Origin: Deltaproteobacteria bacterium
GTDB taxonomy: Bacteria > Bacillota > Desulfotomaculia > Desulfotomaculales > JAGUVT01
Direction: 5' to 3'
DNA length: 58,145 nt
Assembly (NCBI GenBank): GCA_020062745.1
Contig: JAGUVT010000017.1
Location: forward strand, 1-58,145
The notes under the pieces are model-generated. The model searched no databases, had not been told where the DNA came from, and was given only the letters and a program-made list of their open reading frames with translations. This document shows, piece after piece, positions 8,009 to 16,612 of the stretch (positions are counted from its first letter, which is position 1; every line of letters starts with the position of its first letter). The position numbers were made by a program, and so were the translations under genes.

Positions 8009-9827
8009 GAAGAACCTGGCTGTAATAAGGGAGAGGTTTCCTGAATTGACGGAGAAAGTAAAGCTTGAATCTTCTTTTTGCCGGGCGGCCGTAGCTAAGA
8101 ACGGCTTGCCGACTTTAAAAGCCATAGAGGGCGGGCGGGAGTTTTACCTTCACAGCCCTTATGATCCGGCTAATGAAGGCGACAGGTGGGCTGAAGGGCT
8201 TGATGCCACCGGCGAAAATGTTATTTGCGTTTTAGGAATCGGCATGGCCTATCACCTGGAAAAGGTCCTTGAGCGTTTTGCCGGTGTTTCCGTATTTGCC
8301 GTGGAACCGGCCGGCGGTCCGTTTTCGCTGGCGCTCCGGGAACGTGACCTCAGTCATCTCCTGGCGCATAGAAATTTAAATCTGTGCCTGGAGGAAGACC
8401 CCCTGGCCATCCGTGAATTTATCCACACCAGGATTAGTTATGAAATGATTGAAAAATTAAAGGTATTTGATTATCCGCCCATTGCCCGCGCCTTTCAGGA
8501 AAATTTTAAAGAAGTTAAAAAGGCTGTACTGGAAGGGGGGACGGCCGTATATGTTGATGTGGTTACCATAAGAACTTTTTATAAGCAGTGGACGGAAAAT
8601 GCTTATAATAATTTATTTCCCATCGTTCGCTCGCCGGGAGTTAAAGAGCTTTTCGGCCGGTTTGAGAATGTTCCCGGGATAGTGGTGGCTGCCGGTCCTT
8701 CCTTAAACAAGAATGTTCGCCTTTTAGCGGAAACAAAGGGCAGGATGCTGATTATTGCCGTGGATACGGCCGTGCGGGTTTTAATGAAAGAAGGGATTAC
8801 CCCGGATCTGGTGGTTACCATTGACCCCGAGCCTCTTACCAGTAAGCTTTGGGAAGAAGTAAAAACGGACTTATGTATTGTATTTGAAGCCGGTGTGCAT
8901 CACTGGATTCCCAATAATGTTGACGGCCGCTTTTTTGCTGCCAGGTGTAATCATTACCCCATGCTGGTCTGGCTGGAATCTGTCTTTCCGGAGAAGGGCC
9001 GGCTTGAGTTGGGCCCGTCTACAGCCAGTGTGGCTTTTAACCTGGCTTATAAAATGGGCTTGCGGCCGATCGTGATGGTCGGACAGGACCTTGCTTTTAG
9101 TGAGGGGTTGACCCATGCCAGGGATACAATGTTTGGCAGAGAAGTGGAGTCAGGGGAAAGCCTGGTTGAAGTGGAAGGTTATTATGGCGGCAAAGTAATG
9201 ACCAGTTGGCCTTTGCATTCTATGCTCCAATGGTTTGAGACCCGCATCAAGTTGCTTGAAGACTGTATGGTTATTAATGCTACTGAAGGAGGAGCGAACA
9301 TCCGGGGCACGGCCGGGATGGCTTTAAAGGAGGTTATAGCGCGTTTTGCTCTTCCGGAAGGGCAGGATTTTGCCGGTCAAATCAGGGAACTTCATGCCGG
9401 TTTGGACCGGGAAATCGAGGCTGGAAAAAATTTTGCCAAACTGGGGTCTTTGCTTCAGGGGGCGTTAGTGGATGTAGAAGAATGCAGGAGAGCCTGCGCA
9501 CGGCAGATTAAGTTAGCCGGGAGGCTGGTTGAAACTTGTGCCCGCAAGCCGGACAGCTACCGTATCCGGGAACTGGAAGGGCAGATTCAAAAGGCGAATA
9601 AGATCCTTTTGAAGGCCAGAAGTAAAATCCTGCATCTGCACCTGGCCTTTAATCCTTCCATAGAAGCCAGCCTGGGCAAAAGTTTTTTGCCGGTCTGGCG
9701 GGAAGGGATGCGGGGCGGTGAATTGGAGACTTTTATAAGTATTTCTGAGGAGTTAAAAGAAAAAGCTGATGAGATTATTTCGTATTTGAAAACCGTCCTG
9801 GCTAAAATTGAACGAAAACCTGGTTGA
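7998..9827 (+). CDS. maf: Motility-associated factor (Maf/DUF115) flagellin glycosyltransferase
   Basis: FEKNL..., LHSPYDP, VVAAGPSLNKN, IAVDTA, PDLVVTID, VGQDLAF...THA, INATEGGA motifs; adjacent to flagellin. Confidence 0.88.
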   Translation: MFFEKNLAVIRERFPELTEKVKLESSFCRAAVAKNGLPTLKAIEGGREFYLHSPYDPANEGDRWAEGLDATGENVICVLGIGMAYHLEKVLERFAGVSVFAVEPAGGPFSLALRERDLSHLLAHRNLNLCLEEDPLAIREFIHTRISYEMIEKLKVFDYPPIARAFQENFKEVKKAVLEGGTAVYVDVVTIRTFYKQWTENAYNNLFPIVRSPGVKELFGRFENVPGIVVAAGPSLNKNVRLLAETKGRMLIIAVDTAVRVLMKEGITPDLVVTIDPEPLTSKLWEEVKTDLCIVFEAGVHHWIPNNVDGRFFAARCNHYPMLVWLESVFPEKGRLELGPSTASVAFNLAYKMGLRPIVMVGQDLAFSEGLTHARDTMFGREVESGESLVEVEGYYGGKVMTSWPLHSMLQWFETRIKLLEDCMVINATEGGANIRGTAGMALKEVIARFALPEGQDFAGQIRELHAGLDREIEAGKNFAKLGSLLQGALVDVEECRRACARQIKLAGRLVETCARKPDSYRIRELEGQIQKANKILLKARSKILHLHLAFNPSIEASLGKSFLPVWREGMRGGELETFISISEELKEKADEIISYLKTVLAKIERKPG

Positions 9828-9852
9828 CAATTGTAGCACATTTGTGTACTAT
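9824..9852 (+). promoter_or_regulatory. Sigma70/SigA promoter of TA module 1
   Basis: TTGACA-N17-TACTAT with a CACA-tt-TGTG palindrome in the spacer. Confidence 0.7.
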
Positions 9853-9880
9853 TAGTGTAACTAATAAAAAAAGGAAAGAG

Positions 9881-10177
9881 GTGTTTCCTATCCGCTTTAT
9901 CAGCGTGCGCGACTTAAGATTGAAATCGGGTGAAATTTGGCGCGAGCTGCAAAAGGAAGGGGAACTGGTAATCACTTCTAACGGAAAGCCGGTGGCGGTT
10001 CTTTCCGGCATAGAAGCTGATCGCCTGGAGGAATACCTCCGGGCCCTGCGTCGCGCCCGCGCTGCCCTGGCCGTAAGTAGAATTCAGGAACGTTCCCGCT
10101 ATAAAGGGCTGGACGAGATTTCCGGGGCCGAAATCGAAGCTGAGATTCAGGCTGTCAGGCGGAGCCGGCCGCGATGA
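9881..10177 (+). CDS. Phd/YefM-family antitoxin
   Basis: RFISVRDLR...ELVITSNGKPVAVL; ATGA overlap with the PIN gene; probable GTG start at 9881. Confidence 0.85.
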   Translation: MFPIRFISVRDLRLKSGEIWRELQKEGELVITSNGKPVAVLSGIEADRLEEYLRALRRARAALAVSRIQERSRYKGLDEISGAEIEAEIQAVRRSRPR

Positions 10178-10587
10178 AAATAGTGCTGGACACGAATGTT
10201 TTGGTTTCCGGGCTGCTCAAATCCCACAGTCACGCGGGGACAATTGTACGGATGGTTGCTGGGGGTCTGTTGCAGGTTGTTTATGATGCCCGGATTTTGA
10301 CCGAATACAGGGAAGTGCTCAACCGTCCGAAATTCGGCTTTGAAAAAGTAGAAATAGGGGATATCCTTACCCAGATTGAAATGGAAGGCATCCTGGCCGC
10401 AGGTCGACCTTTGCCGGAGAAACTGCCGGATCCCGATGACGAACCCTTTCTGGAAGCTGCCCTGGTTGTTGATGGAACCGTCCTGGTGACCGGAAACAAA
10501 AAACACTTCCCGGCATCGGCCAATCAAAAAGTGGTTGTTTTAAACCCGGGGGAATTTATTTCTTTTTACCGGGAAACGGTTCAGTAG
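10174..10587 (+). CDS. PIN-domain putative toxin (PIN_3/VapC-like)
   Basis: KIVLDTNVLVSG...ILTEYREVL.RPKF...DPDDEPFLE...LVTGNKKHF. Confidence 0.9.
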   Translation: MKIVLDTNVLVSGLLKSHSHAGTIVRMVAGGLLQVVYDARILTEYREVLNRPKFGFEKVEIGDILTQIEMEGILAAGRPLPEKLPDPDDEPFLEAALVVDGTVLVTGNKKHFPASANQKVVVLNPGEFISFYRETVQ

Positions 10588-10603
10588 AGCGATTGATGTG
10601 ATC

Positions 10604-10710
10604 CTTGAAAGGCCTGGTTATGGACAGGATCAGTTCGGTGGATATCAACGATGCAGTGGACTTTAACGCTGGCGGAAAGCATTATGCAGGCCGGCTTATT
10701 TGATTGGAGG
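10604..10710 (+). pseudogene. 3' remnant of a neuA paralog (diverged direct repeat of 13268-13373)
   Basis: About 87% identical by manual alignment, mostly synonymous changes plus one indel; encodes LKGLVMDRISSVDIND. Confidence 0.85.
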
Positions 10711-10717
10711 GAATTTT

Positions 10718-11788
10718 ATGATGAAGCCTTTTAAGATCGGCGAGAAGTTTATCGGCGATGGTTGCCCCGCTTTTGTGGTTGCCGAGATGGCCTGGTCTCA
10801 CGACGGCTCCCCGGAAAAGGCTGAAAAGATTGTGGGAGGGGCGGCGCGGGCGGGCGCCGATGCCATCTGTTTTCACCTTACTTCTCTGGAAGACTACATG
10901 GTTCCGCATTACGGCAGCGGCCCGGGGCGGGTTTCGGCCGGCAAGGAGAGCCAGGAGATTTTCAAGTACCTGCAGAGCATCAATTTAGGCCGGCAGGATT
11001 GGGAGAAGCTTTTTGCCCTGGCGAAAAGGGCCGGGCTTCTTAGCTGCGCCATGTGCAACGACCTGCCCAGCGTGGAACTGGCTGCTGCTTTAAAACCGGA
11101 CGCCTATGTTGTTTCTTCCTCCTGCTTTGTTGAGGAGGAACTGGTGAAAACCGTGGGCGGGCGGAAAAAGCCGGTCTTTTTAAGGATTGGCGGAGCCCTC
11201 CTGGGAGAAATTGAAAGAGCCATTCAGTTGTTGAAAGAAGCCGGTAGCACGGACCTGGTTTTAATTTACGGCTTTCAGAATTATCCCACCAGGCTGGAAG
11301 ATCTTAACTTGCGATTCATTTCTACCCTGAGGCAGATCTTCGGCCTGCCGGTGGGGTTTGCCGACCACACCGACGGGGACTCCGAACTCGCCCTGGTTGT
11401 TCCTTTGCTGGCCCTCCCCTTTGGGGCAAGCCTGATTGAGAAGCACCTTACCCATGACCGGAGCCTGCGGGGCGAAGATTTTGAGTCGGCTTTAAACCCG
11501 GCTGAGTTTGCCGGTTTTGTTTCCCGGCTCAGAGAAATTGAAAAAACCTTCGGCTCATCAACCTTAAGGCCGCTTTCGGAGGCGGAATTGAGCTACCGGC
11601 TGGTTTCCCGGAAACGCACTGTCGCCGGGGTGTATATAAAGGCGGGAGAAGAAGTGACCGGCGAAAAGATAAGCTTTAAGAGAGCGGACGAAGGGGTATA
11701 TCCCGATGAAAGCAGGTTTCTTTTAGGCAGGAAAGCGAAGACGGAGATTAAAAGGAATGAAGGGATCACCCGGGAGAAGCTGGTATGA
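10718..11788 (+). CDS. Divergent NeuB-family (nonulosonate synthase-like) protein with SAF domain
   Basis: NeuB fold motifs NYPT, VGFADHT, IEKHLT and a C-terminal SAF domain, but AEMAWSHDG and AICFHL replace AEAGVNHNG and AVKFQT. Confidence 0.8.
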   Translation: MMKPFKIGEKFIGDGCPAFVVAEMAWSHDGSPEKAEKIVGGAARAGADAICFHLTSLEDYMVPHYGSGPGRVSAGKESQEIFKYLQSINLGRQDWEKLFALAKRAGLLSCAMCNDLPSVELAAALKPDAYVVSSSCFVEEELVKTVGGRKKPVFLRIGGALLGEIERAIQLLKEAGSTDLVLIYGFQNYPTRLEDLNLRFISTLRQIFGLPVGFADHTDGDSELALVVPLLALPFGASLIEKHLTHDRSLRGEDFESALNPAEFAGFVSRLREIEKTFGSSTLRPLSEAELSYRLVSRKRTVAGVYIKAGEEVTGEKISFKRADEGVYPDESRFLLGRKAKTEIKRNEGITREKLV

Positions 11789-11845
11789 TTGGCAGGCGGT
11801 TGGTCAAATAAGATCATTCCCTGGTAGAAACTATTTGCCACGGGC

Positions 11846-11874
11846 TTGACATATAACATATATGTCATTATACT
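11846..11874 (+). promoter_or_regulatory. Sigma70 promoter of TA module 2 with a palindromic operator
   Basis: TTGACA-N17-TATACT, overlapped by the perfect inverted repeat TGACATATA-aca-TATATGTCA (11847-11867). Confidence 0.8.
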
Positions 11875-11894
11875 ATTTTCCAGGGGTGATCTAA

Positions 11895-12122
11895 ATGAGA
11901 AAAACGATGGTTTATCTGGATGAGGAGCAGTTTCTTGTCTTGAAAAAAGTAGCCGCCTCCTCGAAAAAAAAGGCCTCGGAGATTATCCGCGAAGCATTGG
12001 CGGCTTATCTCCAGGAAAAAGACCGGATTGATTATTTTTCCTTTGTCGGGATTGCCGCAGGACCCGAAAACGGCTGTGCTTCCAAGGAAGCTGAAGATAT
12101 TCTCAAGGAGGTTCTGCGTTGA
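11895..12122 (+). CDS. CopG/ribbon-helix-helix antitoxin (VapB-like)
   Basis: MRKTMVYLDEEQ..LKKVA....SEIIREAL; overlaps the toxin start. Confidence 0.85.
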   Translation: MRKTMVYLDEEQFLVLKKVAASSKKKASEIIREALAAYLQEKDRIDYFSFVGIAAGPENGCASKEAEDILKEVLR

Positions 12123-12535
12123 TCCTGGTTGATACGGGAGCATTGTATGCCCTGGTGGACAGAAATGACGTTAACCACGTCGCAGCCGGGAAGTTTTACC
12201 GGAAGGTGGCCGGGAAAGAGATTCTATGCACGTCAATCTCCGTCTTGACCGAGGCGTGGTTATTGATCGATGCCCGCCTCGGCAATTATTTTGCGAATCA
12301 ATTATGGAAAGGAATTTGCGACGGCGCCCTGGAAATTTTGCCGTTGGAAAGAGAAGAGTTGCAGATGGCTTTGGAAATTGAAAACAAGTATGGCGGCGCC
12401 GGCTTCGGTTTTGTAGACGCTACCTGCTTTGCCCTTTGTGAAAAGCACAAGATTCGCCAGGTGTTTACGTACGACAAAAAACATTTTTCCATTTACCGGC
12501 CTCGCTTTGTTGAAACCCTGGAATTGCTGCCGTAA
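12119..12535 (+). CDS. vapC: VapC-family PIN toxin
   Basis: ILVDTGALYALVDRND.NH...VLTEA...FVDATCFALCE...VFTYDKKHF. Confidence 0.88.
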   Translation: MILVDTGALYALVDRNDVNHVAAGKFYRKVAGKEILCTSISVLTEAWLLIDARLGNYFANQLWKGICDGALEILPLEREELQMALEIENKYGGAGFGFVDATCFALCEKHKIRQVFTYDKKHFSIYRPRFVETLELLP

Positions 12536-12581
12536 AGCAGGTTGACGCATTTCATAATTTTATCGAATAAAGCATCTAAAT

Positions 12582-12660
12582 TGATGAGGCTGTTTCGTAT
12601 TTAAAAACCGCCTTGTCCAAAATTAAACCTGTAAAAGACCGGAACACGGAGGGAAGGTAA
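12582..12660 (+). pseudogene. 3' remnant of a maf paralog (diverged repeat of 9767-9813)
   Basis: 38/47 nt identical; DEAVSYLKTALSKIK versus Maf DEIISYLKTVLAKIE; its TAA overlaps the neuA ATG (TAATG). Confidence 0.8.
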
Positions 12661-13385
12661 TGACGGCAGCCGGTATAATTCTGGCCCGCGGCGGCTCGAA
12701 GGGGGTGCCGCGTAAAAATATAAGGCCGTTGGGCGGAAAACCGCTTATTTTTTATACTATTAAAGCAGCTCTTAAAAGCAGGCTGGATCGAGTTATCGTT
12801 TCGACCGACGATGAAGAGATTGCCGCTTGCGCCAGAGAATTTGGAGCGGAAGTTCCTTTTTTGAGGCCGGGGGAACTGGCTTTGGATGAATCAACTTCTC
12901 TTTCCGCGGTGCTCCATGCCCTAGAGTACCTGGAAACAAAGGAAAAATACTTTTCTCAGGTGGTTGCCGTCCTGCAGCCCACCTCTCCTTTCAGGACCCA
13001 TTTTCACATTAATGAAGGCCTGAAAGCGCTGACGGACTCCGGTGTTGACTCAATAGTGGGATTTTTGCCGGTATTTGAGACGCATCCTTATTTTATGTAC
13101 ACTGTTGACGGCCAAGGCAACTGGACGGAGTACGAAAAAATAAAGGATAAACCCACCAGGCGGCAGGACGTACCTCCCTGCTTTGTTATCAACGACGCTC
13201 TGGTTATCAGCAAAAGGAGTTATTTTGATACCGTTAAAGAAACTTCACCGGTATTCAACCCTTATAGCTTAAAAGGCCTGGTTATGGATCGGATCAGCTC
13301 TGTGGACATCAACGATGAAGTGGACTTTCTGCTGGCGGAAAGCATCATGCAGGCCGGCTTGTTTAACTGGAGGATAATTTGCTGA
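12660..13385 (+). CDS. neuA: CMP-nonulosonate synthetase (acylneuraminate cytidylyltransferase, NeuA/LegF-like)
   Basis: IILARGGSKGVPRKNI, VSTDDEEI, VPFLRP, LQPTSPFR, RRQD, SVDIND. Confidence 0.9.
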   Translation: MTAAGIILARGGSKGVPRKNIRPLGGKPLIFYTIKAALKSRLDRVIVSTDDEEIAACAREFGAEVPFLRPGELALDESTSLSAVLHALEYLETKEKYFSQVVAVLQPTSPFRTHFHINEGLKALTDSGVDSIVGFLPVFETHPYFMYTVDGQGNWTEYEKIKDKPTRRQDVPPCFVINDALVISKRSYFDTVKETSPVFNPYSLKGLVMDRISSVDINDEVDFLLAESIMQAGLFNWRIIC

Positions 13386-13658
13386 TCTTCTTGGGGAACT
13401 GTCCAAAGAGCATGTTAATGCAGTTAAAATCAAGGTTTGATATTGTTGGTGTTATGTTTTTAGCAACCTGACAGGATTAAACGACTGGATGGATTTGAAA
13501 CTCCACCCGGCCATTTGGTTTTTGGGTGGAAAAATCATTATCAATAACAGGTTTCACCCGTATTTGTTTAAGAAGGGCAAGCTTTTTTGTTGCAAAGTAT
13601 ATCTAAAGTTTCAAGTGTTTCTGGATACTTGAAGATGATGACATCAAAAGGTGGTGAG

Positions 13659-14321
13659 ATGTTGAAAGTATTGGTTATTGCCCCCCATCCGGACGATGAA
13701 ACCCTTGGTGCCGGGGGTACGCTTTTAAGACATATAGCTGGCGGTGATGAGGTTTACTGGTGTATAGTTACTCATGCTTTTGCGGACTCTGCTGATGATT
13801 ACCGTCAATGCAGGATTAATGTGATTGAAAAAGTTAACGAAGCTTATGGCTTTAAAGGATACTTTTTGTTGGACTTCCCGGCTGCCGGGTTGGATACGGT
13901 TCCGAGAAAGACAATTATCGATGCGTTATTTTCTATTTTCCATAAAGTTAAGCCGGATACTGTCTACTGTGTTGGGAATGGAGACGTGAACACAGACCAC
14001 GATGTAATATATGAAGCTTTAATGGCTGCTGCCAAGCCGGCTTATGTTCCTTTTTTAAAAGAAATCCTGTTGTATGAGGTGATTTCGAGCACTAACTGGG
14101 CATTTCCGGTTAAAAGTGCTTTATTCTTGCCGAATGTATTCGTTGATATTTCCGGGTTTATTATGAGGAAGCTGGAAATTATTGCTTTGTACGGAGAAGA
14201 AATCAAAGGGCCGCCTCACCCACGAAGCATTGAGATCTTAAAGTCATGGGGGAAGGTGAGAGGGTCGGCGATGAACGTGGAGTACGCCGAAGTGTTTCAT
14301 TTGGCAAGAAAAATCATTTGA
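13659..14321 (+). CDS. PIG-L/LmbE family N-deacetylase
   Basis: VIAPHPDDETLGAGGTL, DVNTDH, PNVFVDIS, PHPRS, YAEVF. Confidence 0.88.
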   Translation: MLKVLVIAPHPDDETLGAGGTLLRHIAGGDEVYWCIVTHAFADSADDYRQCRINVIEKVNEAYGFKGYFLLDFPAAGLDTVPRKTIIDALFSIFHKVKPDTVYCVGNGDVNTDHDVIYEALMAAAKPAYVPFLKEILLYEVISSTNWAFPVKSALFLPNVFVDISGFIMRKLEIIALYGEEIKGPPHPRSIEILKSWGKVRGSAMNVEYAEVFHLARKII

Positions 14322-14344
14322 CTGGGGATTGTTTAAAGACCCTG

Positions 14345-15334
14345 ATGATTTTTAACAAGAGGCAGGTTGTTGCTGTGCAAAGGCTGCTTGAAATCCGGCC
14401 GTATAAGGCGGGGGACGAGGAAAAAATTTTGAGTTTGTTTATGAAGGTTTTTGGCAAAGAAATGAGTGCTGCATATTGGAAGTGGCGTTTTCAGAATAAT
14501 CCGTCGGGCGGTATTTTTATTGATCTGATGTGGGATGACAATATACTGGCCGGTCATTACGCCGTATCGCCCATGAAAACATTAGTTAATGGAGAGAAAG
14601 AATATAACACTGCTTTATCTCTTACGACGATGACCAATCCTGATTATCAGGGGAAAGGTGTTTTTGTCGCTTTAGCAAACAAGTTGTATTCTCGCTTGAG
14701 GGAAAATGGTTTTACTATGGTATATGGATTTCCAAATATCAATATCCACCGCACTCGTGTCAAAAGTTTGGATTGGTTTGATATATATGAGATACCCACG
14801 TTTAGTCTGGACCTGGAAGGGTATGACCGGAAGCATGTTGATTTAAAAAATGTTGTCATTCTAAACAAATTTGATGTGCGTTTTGATTATCTCTGGGAGA
14901 AAGTGAAGGCTGATTTCGGAGTCATTACCGTGCGTGACCGCAAATATCTTGACTGGCGATATTCTTTGAATCCGCAGAATAAGTATTATATATTTGCATG
15001 TGTGGAAGGCGAAGACTTGTCGGGGTACGCAGTGTGTAAAAAGTACAAAAATGAAATCGATATTGTTGATCTGTTAACCGTCAACAACCCGGATGTCGGT
15101 ATGGACTTAATGAAAGGGATTATCGGGTGGGCCAAGAATCAAGACAGTAAAGCCCTCAATATGTGGTTGAATGTAACAAATTCGTTGCATCTTGCCCTGG
15201 AGAAGTGCGGTTTTCGGAATTGCGAGCCCATTACCTTCTTTGGTGCATGTGCGTTGGATGCCGGGTTTCCGCGTGGATTGGTTGGTGATTTCAGGAATTG
15301 GTATTTGACGATGGGTGATTCTGATGTTTATTAA
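14345..15334 (+). CDS. GNAT-family N-acyltransferase
   Basis: YWKWRFQNNP, TMTNPDYQGKGVF, YGFPN, VRDRKYLDWRY..NP; start uncertain (14345 or 14375). Confidence 0.8.
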   Translation: MIFNKRQVVAVQRLLEIRPYKAGDEEKILSLFMKVFGKEMSAAYWKWRFQNNPSGGIFIDLMWDDNILAGHYAVSPMKTLVNGEKEYNTALSLTTMTNPDYQGKGVFVALANKLYSRLRENGFTMVYGFPNINIHRTRVKSLDWFDIYEIPTFSLDLEGYDRKHVDLKNVVILNKFDVRFDYLWEKVKADFGVITVRDRKYLDWRYSLNPQNKYYIFACVEGEDLSGYAVCKKYKNEIDIVDLLTVNNPDVGMDLMKGIIGWAKNQDSKALNMWLNVTNSLHLALEKCGFRNCEPITFFGACALDAGFPRGLVGDFRNWYLTMGDSDVY

Positions 15335-15427
15335 ACCTGCTTGAAAAAATAAAGGGAAGTATGTTTGGAGAGATGGTTTCAGGTTGGTGTTGCAGTTGGT
15401 AAATAAATTGAGAGTTTGGTGATTTCT

Positions 15428-16612
15428 TTGAGAAAAGTGATGGTAGTGACCGGTATTCGTTCTGAATATTTTTTGCTGGAGCCCTTGTTGCAAGAAATCT
15501 ATAGTGATAATCTTTTTGAATTGCAGGTGGTGGTTACAGGGGCGCATTTAAGCCATCGTTATGGTAGTACCGTACGGGTTATTGAAGAAAGTTTTGGTGA
15601 AACAGAGAAGATAACTTCATTGTTTGACACTGATGAACCAATCGGAAGGGTCAAGGGTCTTGGCCTGATTGTTATGGAGTTATCCGAGCTTGTATGCAGA
15701 AAAAAACCTGACTTTCTACTGGTTCTTGGTGATCGGGAGGAATCCCTTGCTGTTGCTACGGTGGGTAATTACCTGAATGTGCCGGTTGTCCATTTAAGTG
15801 GGGGAGACCGGGCAATAGGTAACGTTGACGATCATGTGCGCCATGCAGTAACCAAGCTGGCCCATATCCATTGTGCATTTACCGGGGAAAGTGGCCGGAG
15901 GATAATTCAAATGGGAGAAGAACCCTGGCGGGTACACGTAACGGGTTCTCCCGGGTTGGATGGTATACTTAAGACGCCTTTTATGTCTGTTAAGGAGTTG
16001 GAGAATTCTTTAAAAATCAAGTTGGGCAGCCGGTTTTTTGTAGTTATCCAACATCCTATTTCTTCTGAGATTGTGGAAGGGGCAGAGCAGGTTAGTGCTA
16101 CCCTGCAGTCGATAGTAAATACGGGGGTTCCGGCTGTGGTCATCAGGCCTAACTCTGATGCCGGGTCACATCGAATAATAGATGTGATTGGGGAGTATAC
16201 GAATAATTATGATTTTATTTATAGCTTTTCGAACCTGCCCAGGCTGGAATTTGTGAATTTGCTGCGTCAAGCCGTGGCTCTGGTAGGTAATTCCAGCGCC
16301 GGCATCCATGAAGCACCGTTTTTAAAGTTGCCGGCGGTCAATATTGGGAACCGGCAAAAAGAAAGAGAGCACTCGACGAATGTTGTTTTTGTGCATTTTG
16401 ATGTTGAGACAATCACTTTTTATTTAAGGAAGCTTTTGGAGGATAAAAATTATCGAGAAGTTCTGGCAGATTGTGATTCGCCGTATGGTGATGGGAAAGC
16501 TGTTCCCAGGATAAAAGAATTAATAAAAGAAACAAAGATAGATAACAGGTTGCTCTATAAAGAGTTTATAGATTTAAATCTGGCGACGGGAGTGAAGAAA
16601 CTTGCGAGGTGA
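15428..16612 (+). CDS. neuC: Hydrolysing NDP-sugar 2-epimerase (NeuC/LegG)
   Basis: VVTGIRSEY, VTGAHLS, LVLGDREE, RHAVTKLAHIH, VGNSSAG, NIGNRQ, YGDGKA. Confidence 0.9.
   Translation: MRKVMVVTGIRSEYFLLEPLLQEIYSDNLFELQVVVTGAHLSHRYGSTVRVIEESFGETEKITSLFDTDEPIGRVKGLGLIVMELSELVCRKKPDFLLVLGDREESLAVATVGNYLNVPVVHLSGGDRAIGNVDDHVRHAVTKLAHIHCAFTGESGRRIIQMGEEPWRVHVTGSPGLDGILKTPFMSVKELENSLKIKLGSRFFVVIQHPISSEIVEGAEQVSATLQSIVNTGVPAVVIRPNSDAGSHRIIDVIGEYTNNYDFIYSFSNLPRLEFVNLLRQAVALVGNSSAGIHEAPFLKLPAVNIGNRQKEREHSTNVVFVHFDVETITFYLRKLLEDKNYREVLADCDSPYGDGKAVPRIKELIKETKIDNRLLYKEFIDLNLATGVKKLAR

Noticed and set aside
13386-13658. Possible gene relic between neuA and the deacetylase
   Set aside because: No recognisable motif in any frame by eye; needs BLASTx.
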